Counted from the first letter of the whole stretch, positions 34,398-47,911 are shown. The stretch is 62,996 bases of DNA, filler included, from 13 parts of 13 records of this genome joined end to end with filler, not necessarily neighbours in it; one strand, 5' to 3'. Made by a program: numbers and translations. The notes: a model not told the origin generated them from the letters alone.

Positions 34398-37300
34398 ACG
34401 GAGGTGTGCGCATCAAGTGCCAAAACAGCCGCTCGACTCGCAAGATAGTAAAGATATGTCCGCCCAGGCCACTGCAGATGAACACAGTTACTGCAATGCA
34501 AGAGAGGACGACACCAATGCTTTCGGTGGCGTAGCCAAAGTCCATACCAACATGGTCGGGCATGAACAATGCCAACACACTCCATATAAACAAGATGCCC
34601 GTAAAGACAGACAACAGAACCATCGCTCTGTTTCTTGATTTCAGCACCAGTGATGCCTGTACCTCCCGCACTGCGCGTAACTCGGTGTTAATTTCGGGCT
34701 CATCCCCAATAAGTGATGCGCTTGAGATATGCCGGTCGTCGGGTTTAACTTTGAAAAGAGCAAGACTGGGGATTAGCATGTCTGATACGAGACTTGTCCC
34801 GCCACAGGGCTCCTCGCATGCGGAATGTGACCTGTCTTGAACCAGGAGGGCTTTGAGCACCATCAAAAAACTCATACCTGCTATCACCACAGTGTACATG
34901 GTCAGATCGTCGACATGAGTATATTCCCGGTCTAAGGATTGCATGTCTGTAAAGTGACCCGCCTCCAGGAAAAGGACAATGACTACCGCCGCAGAAATGG
35001 TAATTATCACATGAAAGCTCTTACCCTGGCCGACCAAGTCTGCCCGCTTGCTATAGAGCAGGGCCTGCACCGAATTGAGAAAGATCAACACTGCAAGCAA
35101 GGCCACGACGTAGAGCGCCCATGTCGTACCGAAGAATTGCCATACGTCGTCCCCATCATGCCGCCATAGGCTAATGGCCAGGGCTAGCACAACGGCCATT
35201 GCCGCAGTCCAGTATTGCTCAAGACTGATGCGCAGTAAAGTAGGTGACTGATCGGTTTTTTCCATCACAGCAAGCCCCGTGAGGTAATAATACCCAGATA
35301 CCCCCAGGAAGAGCCCACGTTGGGGAAATGGAACAGTGGACACACCAATCGCAATGGCATAGCCAAGAAAAACGTACCAGGTGACAGTGGTCGCTTTGAT
35401 TTCACCGTAGTATATGCCATATAGGATGGGAAGGAGCGAGGAGTAGAGGATACTCGTGGCTGCCAGAATGAGCATAGCAAACGTCTGATAATCCGGAAAC
35501 ACGAAGTAAACTGTGATGGAGCCCACCAGTGTATAAATGGGCAACAAAATAATAGCTGCGACTCTGCATTTGACACTGAGCAACACTTGCTCTTTTGCGT
35601 TGTCACCAATCATCACGCCTACGAGACTCTTCAGACCTGTGAGTGGATCGTTGTCTCCTCGGTTGTTGTAGATATCAATCTTGGTGCGCCCAGTCAACAA
35701 TATCAGATTAAGAAAGACATATGGAGTGAATGAGTTGAAGAAAATGAAGAAGAACAGGTGGTGGTGTTTAGAAATGAACGCTCCGGTGACAAAGAATGTC
35801 AGCAATAAGACCTTCACCACCACCGTGATGAAGAGCCACAAACTGAGTCCGTATTTCAACCCAAGCATGCGGTGGTTATGGCCCAGCAAGCATCGAAACA
35901 TGAGTGGGTTTTTATTTCTGAAGGTCTGAGGCCATCTTCGGTAATCAGCCGAAATTTCATCCATCTGCACCTTCATGTATATGTCATCATCCCTGTTCGT
36001 CATGCTTGTCGTGACAAGATTCATTCTCCCATTGATCAGTGCATTACGCAAGCCTTGAGTATTCAGTGCAAGTGTCGCAGCGCTCAGTGCAACACGCAAA
36101 TCTATGGAATCAGCAGCAGATAGCATCCCACGCATGTCCGCATCCCCCGTCGGTGTCCTTATCAGTGCCAAATCTTGTTGAAAGGAACGCTCTAGATCCT
36201 GTGAAGAGGATTGCGTTATGTTCGGGCTGAAACACCCAGGCTGCAACACCTGGGCTCTCAGCCACAGGGCAACCTCCCCTCGAAGGTTCAGCTCTGCCGC
36301 AACCACATTGATCCCTACCAATAGGAGGTCATGGCGGCGGCTTCCAAGAAAGCACCATGTATTGCTGCAGAGGACGAAAGACGGGCAAGGCCAACATGAT
36401 CCAGCAAGTTGCGACACGAGTGCTGAAGGCATTCAACCTGTAGCCCAGTCAGCAACAGAGTCGGCGGTAAAACTAGTCAGATACCAACTTTCGCGCCACC
36501 GCAAGAGGAGCTGCCAGCAAACATAATCAAACCCTGCGCCTTTGGCAGCTAGGATACCGTTCATCAGAATTTCGTTCTGTAGACAGGACGCAGCCTTGCC
36601 AAGATGAAACTCATTTGAACTTCGACGCTCGTGCATTTCGTCATGGTACTCGCGCCAATCTGAAAGCTTGGAGCTCACCACCGGCCTGGCAGTATTTGTG
36701 CATCGCCATGGTAACCCGTCCATCCGGGCTTCAGCGTAAACACCAAACGTGCGAAGTACATCTTCTGCCACCTGGCCAGAGCTGAGTCCGGGGACAGGAT
36801 AGGCTCAGATTAAGAGGATGAGGCACCAAGCGTAAGTCATCTCCATGCATAACCGCTCGAATGAATCTTGCCATGAGCTCACCAGTTGTATGAACGACAC
36901 ATATGGCAGTCTCCCACCCTGTAAGCTGGAGAGAGCATGCAGCTTGAACGGCCCTTGATGAGAGCTCCATAAGCTCCACCTCCGTGCCATTCCACAGGTC
37001 TTCGCTGTACAGATGCTGGGCGACGGAATCGCAGCCAGCACTAGGCAACACACACACTTGTCCGATCCATGGATGCTGCTTCCGAATTGACGCCGACGGC
37101 CTTTTGTGCAAGAACGCCTTGAACCGTGGGCGCACTGTTTTCTCCACATACGATTGAGCCGCATCGACGTGGTCTATTGCAAGCTTGAACGCACTCCAAA
37201 AGTTGAAAAAGCAGCAAACAGACACCAGCACAAGAGCCATATGGAATGGGTAAAGCGATTCCCTAACTTGCCCATAAAAGAATGTTTGGTCATTCAAAGT

Positions 37301-38194
37301 GGCGTACGTAGCACTGTGTCCCGTTGCAATGAGGATCTCAAATATTCCACAAAGCAACATCAAAACCACAAGACAGCAGATAAAGGGCACGTTGTATACC
37401 AATGCGCAATATCCTCGCAGCTTGATAACTCTTCGCTTGCACAGGAATACCTTTTCGTCCAGTACCGCACTTTGTTGCGCATAATCGGCATCAAGAGGGT
37501 TCAGCGCAAGTACTTCAGCATATAATGCCTGAGATGTCCGGATCTCCTCTAAGAACTCGGTCGCATAATCGGCACTTAATGTGGGGCCCCACATCGCAGT
37601 CAACCAAGAAAAAGGAAGCAGATACCAGTGTTGTTTGGCAAGGTGCTGTGCCGTAGCTGTCTGGGCACGTTGCCAGGCTATGCGCCGCTCCTGCATCACG
37701 ACCTCTTCGATGACGGTACTGCTGTCATTCATGCGGAGCTCGCCCTGCTCGTCAAGGCCCTCCAGTACTTGGTAGGTCTTGTAGGCCGCACCAAGGCTAG
37801 CAACCACGCCCAGCCATACAAACGTGTTGGTGACTCCAATGTGCCAGTCCGAGTCGTCCCCATTGACAACCAATAGTACACGCGAGCCGAGGGGCAGGGC
37901 ACAAAGCACGAAGATCCGCACCATAGCGCCGCTGCTACCTAGATCCATCTGGCACACAAAGAATCAGAGCTGTCAGGTTCTAATACCACCTGATAAACAA
38001 GGCCAAATGTCAGCAGGTCCGTTGCGATTAGCGTCGGGGGCAAATAGAGTACCAAATGCATGTCGGACATGAATGACTGGACCGCAATATATACCAGCCA
38101 TACAAACAAGTAAGCCCACAGGTTCACCACGGGCAGCCCGTGAGAGAATTCAGAGGCCACACGGACCGAATGGGCTATTTTGAGGTCCAGCCCT
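34398..38194 (-). CDS. Large polytopic membrane protein, both ends truncated, family unknown
   Basis: Collinear ORFs 37939-38160, 36731-37957, 36433-36771 and 34398-36432, with more than 15 hydrophobic segments. Confidence 0.7.
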
Positions 38195-38294
38195 NNNNNN
38201 NNNNNNNNNNNNNNNNNNNNNNNNNNNNNNNNNNNNNNTTAATTAATTAANNNNNNNNNNNNNNNNNNNNNNNNNNNNNNNNNNNNNNNNNNNN

Positions 38295-39413
38295 TCTCAG
38301 ATGCTCTCTGCAGTAGTCACGGCGTGTGACGGAGTGCTGCAAGGGTTGGCTGGAACTGGGGACCTGGCAAGCAGATTAGCCCAGTATCGCCAGATTGGGA
38401 TGGTGGTGCATGTGGAGTCTCTTCTGACTGCAATCAATGCCGAGGCGGGCATGCTTGCGGACATGGCTGGAGTGATACACTTCTCAAACACTCAGATGAA
38501 GATCTGGCTAGTGCCAGAGATCCACGCAGCTTCGATGTTTGAGGTGGCAGAGATTGTTGTGGTAGGTCACACAATCGAGGTTCACTGGAGGATACCTGCG
38601 GCTATTGTGGCTGGACTCCAGGAGGCTGAGATTCCTGAGAGGATCAGGCTGCATGTGTTTATGTGTAATCAGGGCATCAACGAGTGGCAGACTTTGGTCA
38701 AGCAAGGGATGACGGGTGACATCGGGCTCCAAAACTCGGTGAATGAGATCAACTTTGCTGTGCTGGCCCAGTGCGTGCAGAGCTTTGTGAGCTTCATACG
38801 GGTCGCGGATCCTGATCTCGTGGCTCTGGTGGATGAAATTACCACGGAGCTCCAAACAGAGGTGGAGAAGAGGGAAGCTCGCAACATCAGGATGCTTGAA
38901 CTCACAGCAGATCTGGTTTGTGCGATCGGGGCTGGGTGCTGATCTGCTGGCAGGTGACGCTGCTGGGTGGAGGGCACATCACAGTGTGTAAGAGTGGCAA
39001 AGACCGGACTGGGATGTCTGTCACTCACCATCAGTCAAGATGGTCAGTCCTCTGGCCGATGACTATCTTGTAATCTGCTGTGGGGGCACAGGGTGTATAA
39101 TAGAGACGTGTGCAACCACACGCAATGTGTGCGTCAGCATCAGGTCCCGGGTGATATATCTAATGTTGCCACGTTCGAGGATCTACAAGACCACCTGGGC
39201 AGTATCTTCACACTATCGTGCATGATGCGAGGATTTGGAACCAGGTAAGACACTATTCATACTTGCCTTGGCTCACAGCTGTTGGGATGCAGGTTAGAGA
39301 ATACTGTCAAGAACACAGGGCTTCGCGGATTTGCTTTCAATCTATTCCAAAGAAGTTGCTTTCCAGAGCTCTATCGCGCTCCGAAAACGAGATGTGCGGC
39401 AGCAGAAAGTTGA
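38295..39413 (+). CDS. INPP4: Inositol polyphosphate 4-phosphatase, catalytic C-terminal part
   Basis: ESLLTAINAEAGMLADM, NQGINEWQTL, catalytic CKSGKDRTGMSVT and RLENTVKNTG..FAFN..FPELYRAP. Stop TGA at 39411-39413. Confidence 0.9.
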
Positions 39414-39683
39414 TATTGCGTATGTTCCAAATCAATTCTTCGATGATTGTCCAATAATAAAACTCATCATATAGTTCTTAACATGACACCTTAGGACTTA
39501 CAGTCTTAGCAAGGTTGCTGTAGGTCGCGGTTCAAAGCTTTTAAATCAATTATTTACAATATATAATTGTCAAGCCGCCGGTCATTGACAACTAATACTT
39601 GGCTTCATTCCTAAACTTAGCTTCAGCTCGAAACGTGTCATGTAGTGTCATGTACATCATGCAGCAGCTCGAGGTGATTTCTC

Positions 39684-42567
39684 TTAGCCCGACTGGGGTG
39701 CCTCGCGGGGCCTCATGTACAGCATCATTCGCCTGAATTTGATTGCATCAGCCTTGAAAGCCTTGATGTCGTCAAACGTGCTCTTGAGCAACTCAACGGT
39801 CCGGATACGTGCTAGGACAGTGGATATATCTGCATCAGGTGGACCAGCTGAGCCTGGGTCCTCGTCCTCTTGAGACATCCAATCTTCAGTTTTGACAATG
39901 TTCCGAATGTAGTCAAACTTGTCTACCATGAGAGCAAGCACCAGATTCATAAATACATACGAAACTACCAAAATGAAGACACCGAACAACAGGACTGCGT
40001 ACACTGGCTGCTTATTAGGATTGCAGCCGTACAACTGGGCTTCGTTTGCAGTATATGTCTCGTCACATCCGTAAAACTCGACATAAAAGTATGTGACCCA
40101 TCTCCTTGTGAGCGCGGAGAACATGGCAATCACAGACAGGAACAGCGTATCGAAATACTTGCTGTCGTTGTCTTGGAAGACCATGCATGCAAAGACTGCA
40201 AACATGTAGATGACGAAGGCAAGACCACAAAACACCCAAGCGACAGAGGGCAGCAGAGCCAGCGTCGCTCGTATCACTACACGAAGCCCTTGGAGTGGTT
40301 GCCATAAGCTCGCATACCGGAAGAGAGAGAAGAGCCGTAACACCAACACAGCGTATCCACCAGTGTTGCTTTCGCCATCCACAGCGGCCACAATCAGGCT
40401 CCCAATCCACGTGGCCAGGACAGCACAATCCAGCAGGTTCCACCAGTCCGTAAAATACAGCCAGGGCTTGGGGAATTCTGCTATCTGGCACACACACCGA
40501 CCTCGTCAGCACTAGTCAAGCCAATGTTGCGCAATACCAGCTTTAGGGTCATTTGCACGACCAGCAGGACCACACACACGAGCTGGCCTGTCTTGACCAT
40601 TGTGCTATCGCGCAGCTCCTTGTCGGTGGCCATCCCTGCGAGCACAGCGCCGGCCAAAATCACCAGCACCACAAACCACGAGAATTCGGGCTGTTGAACG
40701 AACTTCATCATCCTCGACTCGTCGTCGTCGCCTCGGTGCGACCCAAACTTTGGCCTCCAAGCTCGCAGCGTGTAGAAGACTCGCATCTTGGCTGCAAAGT
40801 AGCACCAGGCCAGTGTGGGCACAATCAGCAGCAGCGCCATCTGCAGTCAGCGCTCAGCTGAGCGTCAGCCAGGCCGACTCACCAGCCCCAGCGTGGTTTG
40901 GCTGTAGCTATCGAGACAGAAGTGCAGTCCAAAGTATAACATCGAGTAGACAAGCCCTCCTCCGATATACTGGAGAGCGTACAGAGACCATATGGCCATC
41001 ACGCCAACCCGCCGGATGGTGAACTGCTCGCGCTGCCGGAGTTCCACCCACACAGCCACCGTGCCATAGGCGGACCAGACCGCTATCGGGGCCATCAGCG
41101 CGCTGTTGACTCTATTCATTGGGGCATTCGTAGCAGGAACGTCAAACTTGTCCCATTCGAAATACAAAAAGAGCGTGAACAGCCCGCACACGTACACCCC
41201 AACCACCGTTAGGATCCCGAGCATCATCTCGAGCGAGCCCCCCGTCAGTCCTGGGCTCGAGTTGTACCAGTCTGAGTCCATCAGCGAGATTCCCATAGAC
41301 TCGACTTCGTCGGCGCCCGGATCGGTTGCACTGTGAGTCTTGACTGCTATCATGACCTGATCCGACCATGCTCGAGCCGGCGATCGGCCGGGCGCGTGCC
41401 TTGGTGACTAGATAGCTGTCGATGAACATGTAATGCCGAATCCTCGTGTATCCCAGCTCCTCAAGAATGTCTCCAGCCGCACCTGCCAGACACTCGGCCA
41501 CCGCACGCTCGGGCCAGGCACTCGGCTCGAACCCAGGCAGGATGAGCACCATCTTGCCGCCCGGCTTGAGCACTCGGTGCATCTCGCACAGCTGGAGGTA
41601 GTAGGCAGGCTCATTGTTGCCTTCATACCTAGGCTGCGCTCAGTTCGAGCCCACTGAGCCGGCCGGACCGAGGGTTGAGCGTGACATCCACACACTCGTC
41701 GAGGATGTCCAGGTGGGTCGGGTCCTTGGAATCGACCTCTATGATCACCTGCGCTTGCTCAGACTCGCCTGCACCGCCAGCTACCCGCCCCGAATGCTCC
41801 ACCCTGCGTGCGTTCTCAATAGGCCACCGCGGGTCGCAAGGGCAGTCGGCTGTCTTCCAGTCGTCCTCTCCCGTCACCCGGCCGCCGTCGGTCAGCTGAT
41901 TGGCAATGTAATTCACCCACTTGCCTCGTCCGCAGCTGCGCCCTCACTCAGCTGACTGAGCTGCCAGCTCGCACCGTAGCACCAGACACCGCTCGTGCCC
42001 CTGGAAACGAACAGGGTACAGACACCTCTCGGCGTGCTGGTCGTTCAAGCTGGCTGCTCCGTGCGCCCAGTACCGAAGCCCCGTGTGCAGCGTCAGCAGC
42101 GCCGTGAGCGTCAGCTGGAGGAACAGAAACGCTTCCTGGTTGAAAGCTCGCGGCATCTGACTCTGAGGCCCGTCGCTGGCGCAAGTGGCTGGCCCGAGCC
42201 TTAGCGCCCGGGGGGGGGAGCGCGCACCGCTCAGTAGCCCGTAAGACACGCAGAGTATCAGGGACGGGACTCCGGCCAGAGCACTCAGCTGCCGCCCAGC
42301 CGTTCGGCGCGCAAGCGCCGGGGGGGACGGACCGTCAGGTTGAAGGCAAGTGACGGGCCGCGCTCGTAGCTCGGCGGGGGGAGCTTGGCGTTCTGCGGCC
42401 CGTGTGAGCAGGGCGGGGCGGGGCGGCACCTCGTCTTCGGTCTTGGTCGGATCCTCGGGCGGCTTGGTCAGCTTGGTACTCAGCCGGCGGTACCAGAGCC
42501 AGAATCCGAGGCAGAACGCCGCGTTGAGCCCGTGGCCGACCGCTTGCCAGTCGTCCGCGCCGGCCAT
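39684..42567 (-). CDS. TM + degenerate class I SAM-methyltransferase + TM + single-domain (EukCat/BacNav-like) 6TM channel fusion
   Basis: Introns 41936-41974, 41629-41668, 41357-41399 (GC-AG), 40841-40882 and 40485-40537 give one frame. MTase motifs ERCLVLRCGRG, RVTGEDDW, EMHRVLKPGGKMV. Channel motifs FSWFVVLVIL, YFTDWWNLLD, FYGC, FMNLVLALMVD. Confidence 0.8.
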
Positions 42568-42702
42568 ACTCGCGACGCGTCAGGTGCTTCCTGCTGGCAT
42601 GGATCACTTCAGTTGTTGGAGCCGTTGTCCGGATTGAGACATGCATGGGATCTAGGGTGCGAGGGACCCACTAGGCTCTATGCTGGACCGGATTGAATGC
42701 CT

Positions 42703-45442
42703 ATGCGGGTGACGGTACTCCCGGACGGGGGGGGGGCTGCCGGTGCCACTGTCCGCCTCGCCCGGGACCAGCCTGGCCGAGCTTCAGCGGTTGGTAGAAT
42801 CAGCGGCAGGGGTGGAGGTGGCCGAACTCACCCTCCGGCCGGACCCGAGCGCCGCCTGCCCCGTGCTGGTCCCGCTGGCCCAAGAGATGCTCCAGCTCCC
42901 ACTGAGCAGCCTGCGCGCCGGGCCTGACCTCCGCTGTCACCTCAAGCAGCAGCCTGGCAAGCCCGGTGCCGTCGCCATGTGCATTCAGCCCGCGAGGCCC
43001 CAGCCTGCCCGCCGGGGCACTCAGCCGGCCGCGCCCGAGCCTCGACCGGCCAGCCCGCCGGAGAAGAGCTCGACCAGCCCGCCGCAAGAGGCCGTGGGCC
43101 CTCCAGCCCCGGCCGCAGCCCCGGCTGCAGCCCCGCGGGTGGTGAGGGCAGCCAGGAAGGTCCCGGCCGCGGCTGTGGAGAAGGAATGCGCCGAGATGGC
43201 CGCGGCGGCCGCGCGGCTGCAAGCCGGGGAGATGCGGCTGCGGCAGACAGGGCAGCCTGGGGGCGAGTGCACGGCGACTGCGAGCCCGACTGGGCACAGG
43301 AGGCGGGAGCGGAGGCATGACCCGCTGGCGGAGCTCGGCCGAAGGCGGGAGCGGAGATTGAACAGCCCGCCCGCTCGACAGTCAGTTGCAGCGCCGAGCA
43401 GCGAGCCAGAGCGGGTGCTAGTGGCACCAGTCAAGACCAGTAGCCCCGTACCAGCCGGCTGTGGGGCGCCAGGTGGTCGGCCTGTAGGCAGGTCTCCTTG
43501 TGCAGCGGGGCAGCAGCTGCGCTCGGACACGATGCCAGGACCTAGTCCTGAGCACTTCTCGGACACGGTGCCAGGGCCTAGTCCTGAAGCCACGGATGAT
43601 CCGGAGCACTTCTCGCAGAGGATGCCAGGGCCTAGTCGTGAGCACTTCTCGCAGATGATCCCCGGCAGCAGCTTGGTCTTGCCATCCGAACCCCAGGCTG
43701 CGGTGCCAGGCCGGCCGTCCGAGGAGGTCTTGTCAGTCGGCCAGGCTGCGGTGCCGAGCGGGTCACCTGCAGGGACACCCTCGCAGCCGGTGCCGAACCA
43801 GACTGCAAGTGAGTCCATTGGCGGTGCGGGGTCGCCGGAGGGAGAGTTGACGGGGCCCCGGAAGTTTCATTCTCATGGTAGCGGGGTTATTTTCCGGTCG
43901 GATTTCATAGCGCGCGGTGGGAGCGCGGCCGACTTTAGTTACTATGACTGGAACCAGGACGGTTTGTTGGACCCTCACGAGGTAGCCGCCCGGCGCAGGA
44001 TAAAGGAGCAGCTGGAGAGCGTGACCGGCCCTGTGCTGGTGGCTGAGGGCGACGTGTTCGACGAGGACAATGACGGCAAGCTGGACCGTTACGAGCTCGA
44101 GGCTAGGGCGGTGGCTAGACACAGGGCGGCCGATGAGATGGCCCGGTTTGGCGGCGAGCAGGTGACGCTGGACCAGTTTGTGGCAGCTGGCGGGGATCCG
44201 AGCGAGTTTTCGAGTTACGACTTGAACCTGGATGGCACTCTCAACCGTACAGAACTGGAGCGCCGAGCTCTGGTCAAGCAGCGGACTCTGGCAGACCAGC
44301 ACCTGATGGGCCAGCCGGGCGGGCTAGTGGACCTTGCTGGTTTCACAGCGGCCGGTGGGACTCGGGCCGAGTTCCGTCTGCGCGATGCCAATCAGGATGG
44401 GTTCCTCGACCAGACCGAGCTTGAGGCCCGCGTGGCAGCTGCGATCGACGGGATGGAGCGGCCGCCAGGCGCGCCCACTGGCTCGTGCTTTCGTGGTCTG
44501 CCGATGCTCCGGTGCGACAACTGTGGCAAGGTGCACAGCCACCTGGCCTGCCGACTGCCCCAGCGCGCCCAGCAGCCGGGGGAGGCGGCCACGCCAGCCA
44601 GAAGCTGGTTCGAAGCGAATGTCGCCAGTAAACGGCCGGCGAGCATTTGCGAGCTGAGGCGACGGCGGGTTGGATTCGACCCAAGTAGCAGCTGCGGGGA
44701 GGGTGCTGAGGTGGAGAGCGGGGCCTGGGTGCTCGAGCTGAACAGAAGGGCGCTCGCAGACTCCTCGGGGGCGCACGTGCTATCCTCGCCGTTGCAGCAG
44801 CGCTCGAGAAGAGCGGTGGCTATTAATGGGCATATTGGGTGTGTTAATAGGGATGCCGATGTAGATCTCGACGGTGCAACTGCGGGCACGAGCACAGACG
44901 TAACACCACACGATGCAAGCAAGGACACCGATAAAACTGGAGGCGAACATGTACCCCACAGTTTAACTGAAGAGACTGATGTAGCCCCCCGCAACGTAAT
45001 TATTAATGGCGATGCTGTAGAAACCGACACAAACTCAGCGTCTGTGGCCAGGCCCAGAGTGCAGAGAGCACGGCAACTCTCTGAGGAAACTCTGCGCAAA
45101 CAGGCTATCCAGTTCCATCAAAGCCTAGGATTCCCTGCTGGGACATTCGAGCGTTTGCGTGCCAAGCCCACACAGGCGCAGAGGCGATCAGTAGGCCAAA
45201 GTAAAGCGATGCTTCAGTCAATGCCAGCGCTCAAGGAGCCACTGCAAAAGCCAAAGTCTGAGCAGGAGCCTAAGCACGAGCAAGAACTGGAGCGAGCACC
45301 GGAGACAGCGCAAAGGCCCAACCAGGCCATTGAACAGAGTGATAGCGACGTTAGCGAGTTTGAACGCGAGTTCGAGGCTGTGATAAAGACAAAGGCGCGG
45401 ACACGCTTTGTACTTGTGAAGCACCCCGCCTTAGACATCTAA
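42703..45442 (+). CDS. EF-hand protein with ubiquitin-like N-terminus and long low-complexity regions
   Basis: Four EF loops: DWNQDGLLDPHE, DEDNDGKLDRYE, DLNLDGTLNRTE, DANQDGFLDQTE. The ATG at 42703 joins the long ORF only if the G10 run at 42727-42736 is G9. Confidence 0.75.
43525..43665 (+). repeat. Coding minisatellite, about 4 copies of (M/V)PGPSPEHFS
   Basis: Repeated tgccagg(a/g)cctagtc(c/g)tgagcacttctcg units. Confidence 0.8.
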
Positions 45443-46015
45443 TCATACATGACATTGTACGAGTATTAATTAATCAAAAGTACTCCGGCGTATTTATCTG
45501 ATCAGTACTGGAATTCCGATTTTACTGAACACGATCAGGGTTAGCATTGTTTATCGGGCTCTTTCGTTTGGTAATCGTTCGGTCTATGGTCAATTGATCA
45601 AATGAATACCGTAATTATGCGTACTGCGCATACTCGTTCTTGAAAGATGTGGCGACGTAATATCAAACTGAACTCCGCGATTTCGGCCGCCGACACCATC
45701 ACGTGCACTACACCATCCACGGTTACTTCATGTACGTAGCCTCTGGCATTGGCGCCCGATGCTCTACCCTACGACCCTGCCCGTCGACCACACCCGGTCA
45801 GGAATGCCATTGTGCATGTGGTGAGCCGTGGCTGCAACTGGTAAGGCGTAGCACGTCTGGTTGATCAATTGCAAGCAACTGACCAGCACTTAGATGTTGC
45901 GTAAGACCTTACGTANNNNNNNNNNNNNNNNNNNNNNNNNNNNNNNNNNNNNNNNNNNNTTAATTAATTAANNNNNNNNNNNNNNNNNNNNNNNNNNNNN
46001 NNNNNNNNNNNNNNN

Positions 46016-47911
46016 TCCGCCCATCCATCGCGTGGCGCGGCATCCCATACGCCGCCCCGCCCACTGGCGCCAATCGCTGGCGGCCGCCCCAGCCGGTCCC
46101 ACCGTGGGGCCCGGCGGTGCTGCCCCCGCGCGAGTCGCCCGGCTGCATGCAGGTCCGTTAAAATCCGTTAATCCTGCCCCTCCCGATAGCATATTTATAT
46201 ATACAAGGCAAGAGCAGGGCGTTCACAGCAAGGCAGGTCAAACATTCCCCCGGCCACGCGCACGCCAGCGGCAGCGAAGACTGCCTGTACGCCGCCGGCC
46301 GGTGGCCATGTTGGCTGACGGATTTGCCGTTGATGCAGTTACCTGAACCTCTTCGCGCCGCCAGCCAACGTCTCGGAGCCCGGGCCGTTCCCCGTTATGC
46401 TCTGGATCCACGGCGGCGGTTACCAGGTTTTCAGCGTGCGGTTGGATGTCCGTTAAATGCCGTTGCAGGTAGGCAGCGGCACGGGCAACGACACGGACGG
46501 TGGTTACGACGTCGCCCATTTGTCACAGCCGCTGGTGATTGTCACGATTAACTACCGGCTTAACATCTTTGGATTCGGAGCCAGCACCGCACTGCGAGGT
46601 CGAGATCCGTTAAACGGGACCGGCAACTACGGGATTTTGGACCAGCGGCAGGCCATGCGCTGGGTGAAGCAGAACGTGGCGAGGTGTGACAGTAACTGGT
46701 CACTCGATCGATTGATTATTGAACCGGAAGGTTCGGAGGCGACCCGCGTCGAGTTTTTATTGCCGGGCAGAGTGCCGGCGGTGAGGCGGTTGGCGAGCAT
46801 CTGGTGGCTTAACACACATTAATCCGACCGATTTCCGTTGTTTTCAGGTGCGGCCGGGCTCGTTTGGTTTGTTCTCTGCTGCGGGACTCGAATCAGGTTT
46901 TGATGCGATTTTATTGTTATCAACTAATCACTGGTACAGGCGCGTTCTACCAAATGTCACCGCCCACACTTGCTGACGTCCCACTTATGCCCTGTTTGGG
47001 CCCATCCCCGGGGAATGTCACAGTAGCCCAGCAAGCCGACCGGTGGGCCAAAGCGATGAACAGCTCCAACTGCCCCGATCTCGAGTGCATGTTGCGAGCG
47101 TCCGCCGAGCAACTGTTACTAACCGCCGGCCAACCGACTGGGCAGTGCGCCTGGGTGTGTTAAGTGTCCGTTGGGCGGTTAGTTAAGAGCGAGGCAGGTC
47201 CCGACTATCGATGGTGTCGATCTGACAAAGCCGTCATTCCGACTAGCCATGGATGGCCAGCTGGCGGCTGTGCCTGTAGTGGTCGGGTCCACCATGGAGG
47301 ACGGGTACCTAGTCCCAGCTAACTGCGCCGACCCGGCCAACTGCACCCAACATGACTTTGAGCACTGGGCGAGCGACGGCTATGGCTTCAACAGCTCCGA
47401 AACCGCCCGGCTCGCGGCTATTTATAGAAACGACCCTGGCCGGCCGGGCCTCTCCAACGGCACCAGCTGGTACTGGGCGCAAGTGCACGCAGGAGCGGAT
47501 GTTCAGTCGACATGCCCGGCGCGGCGGACGGCGCAGTGGGTTACTAACACTGGCCAGCGGGCTTGGTGGTACTACTGGGAATACGAGCCCAAAGACCCGC
47601 AGACAGGGGCCAGCCTGCCGGCGGCCCACTGCGCCGAGCTCAAGTTCTTGTGGGGGCTCCGGTGCGGCCCGGATTGGCTCAAGGACAAGCCATGGGCTAA
47701 AGCTCAGTGCGATTTCGGGATCAAATTCGCCGGGTTTTGGGCTTCTTTTGCTGCTCGTGGGGACCCAACGGATGGACCGACCGGCTGGCCGGCGTACGGG
47801 CGGGGAGGAGGGGCGCTGGTGGTGGGGGAGGGGATGAGGCTTGAGCGCGTGGCCGGGTTGAGGAGAGCTCGTTGCGACTTTTGGGATTCCCACTTCCCGG
47901 CGATACAGTGA
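46016..47911 (+). CDS. Type-B carboxylesterase/cholinesterase family, 5'-truncated, multi-exon
   Basis: WRGIPYAAPP, MLWIHGGGY, NYRLNIFGF, GNYGILDQRQAMRWV, nucleophile motif GQSAGG and AAHCAEL. Confidence 0.93.

Noticed and set aside
43525-43665. Spaced repeats resembling an array
   Set aside because: In-frame coding minisatellite with no unique spacers and no cas genes.
45597-45915. Possible 3' exons of a minus-strand gene
   Set aside because: Too short, with no recognisable motif to support a call.
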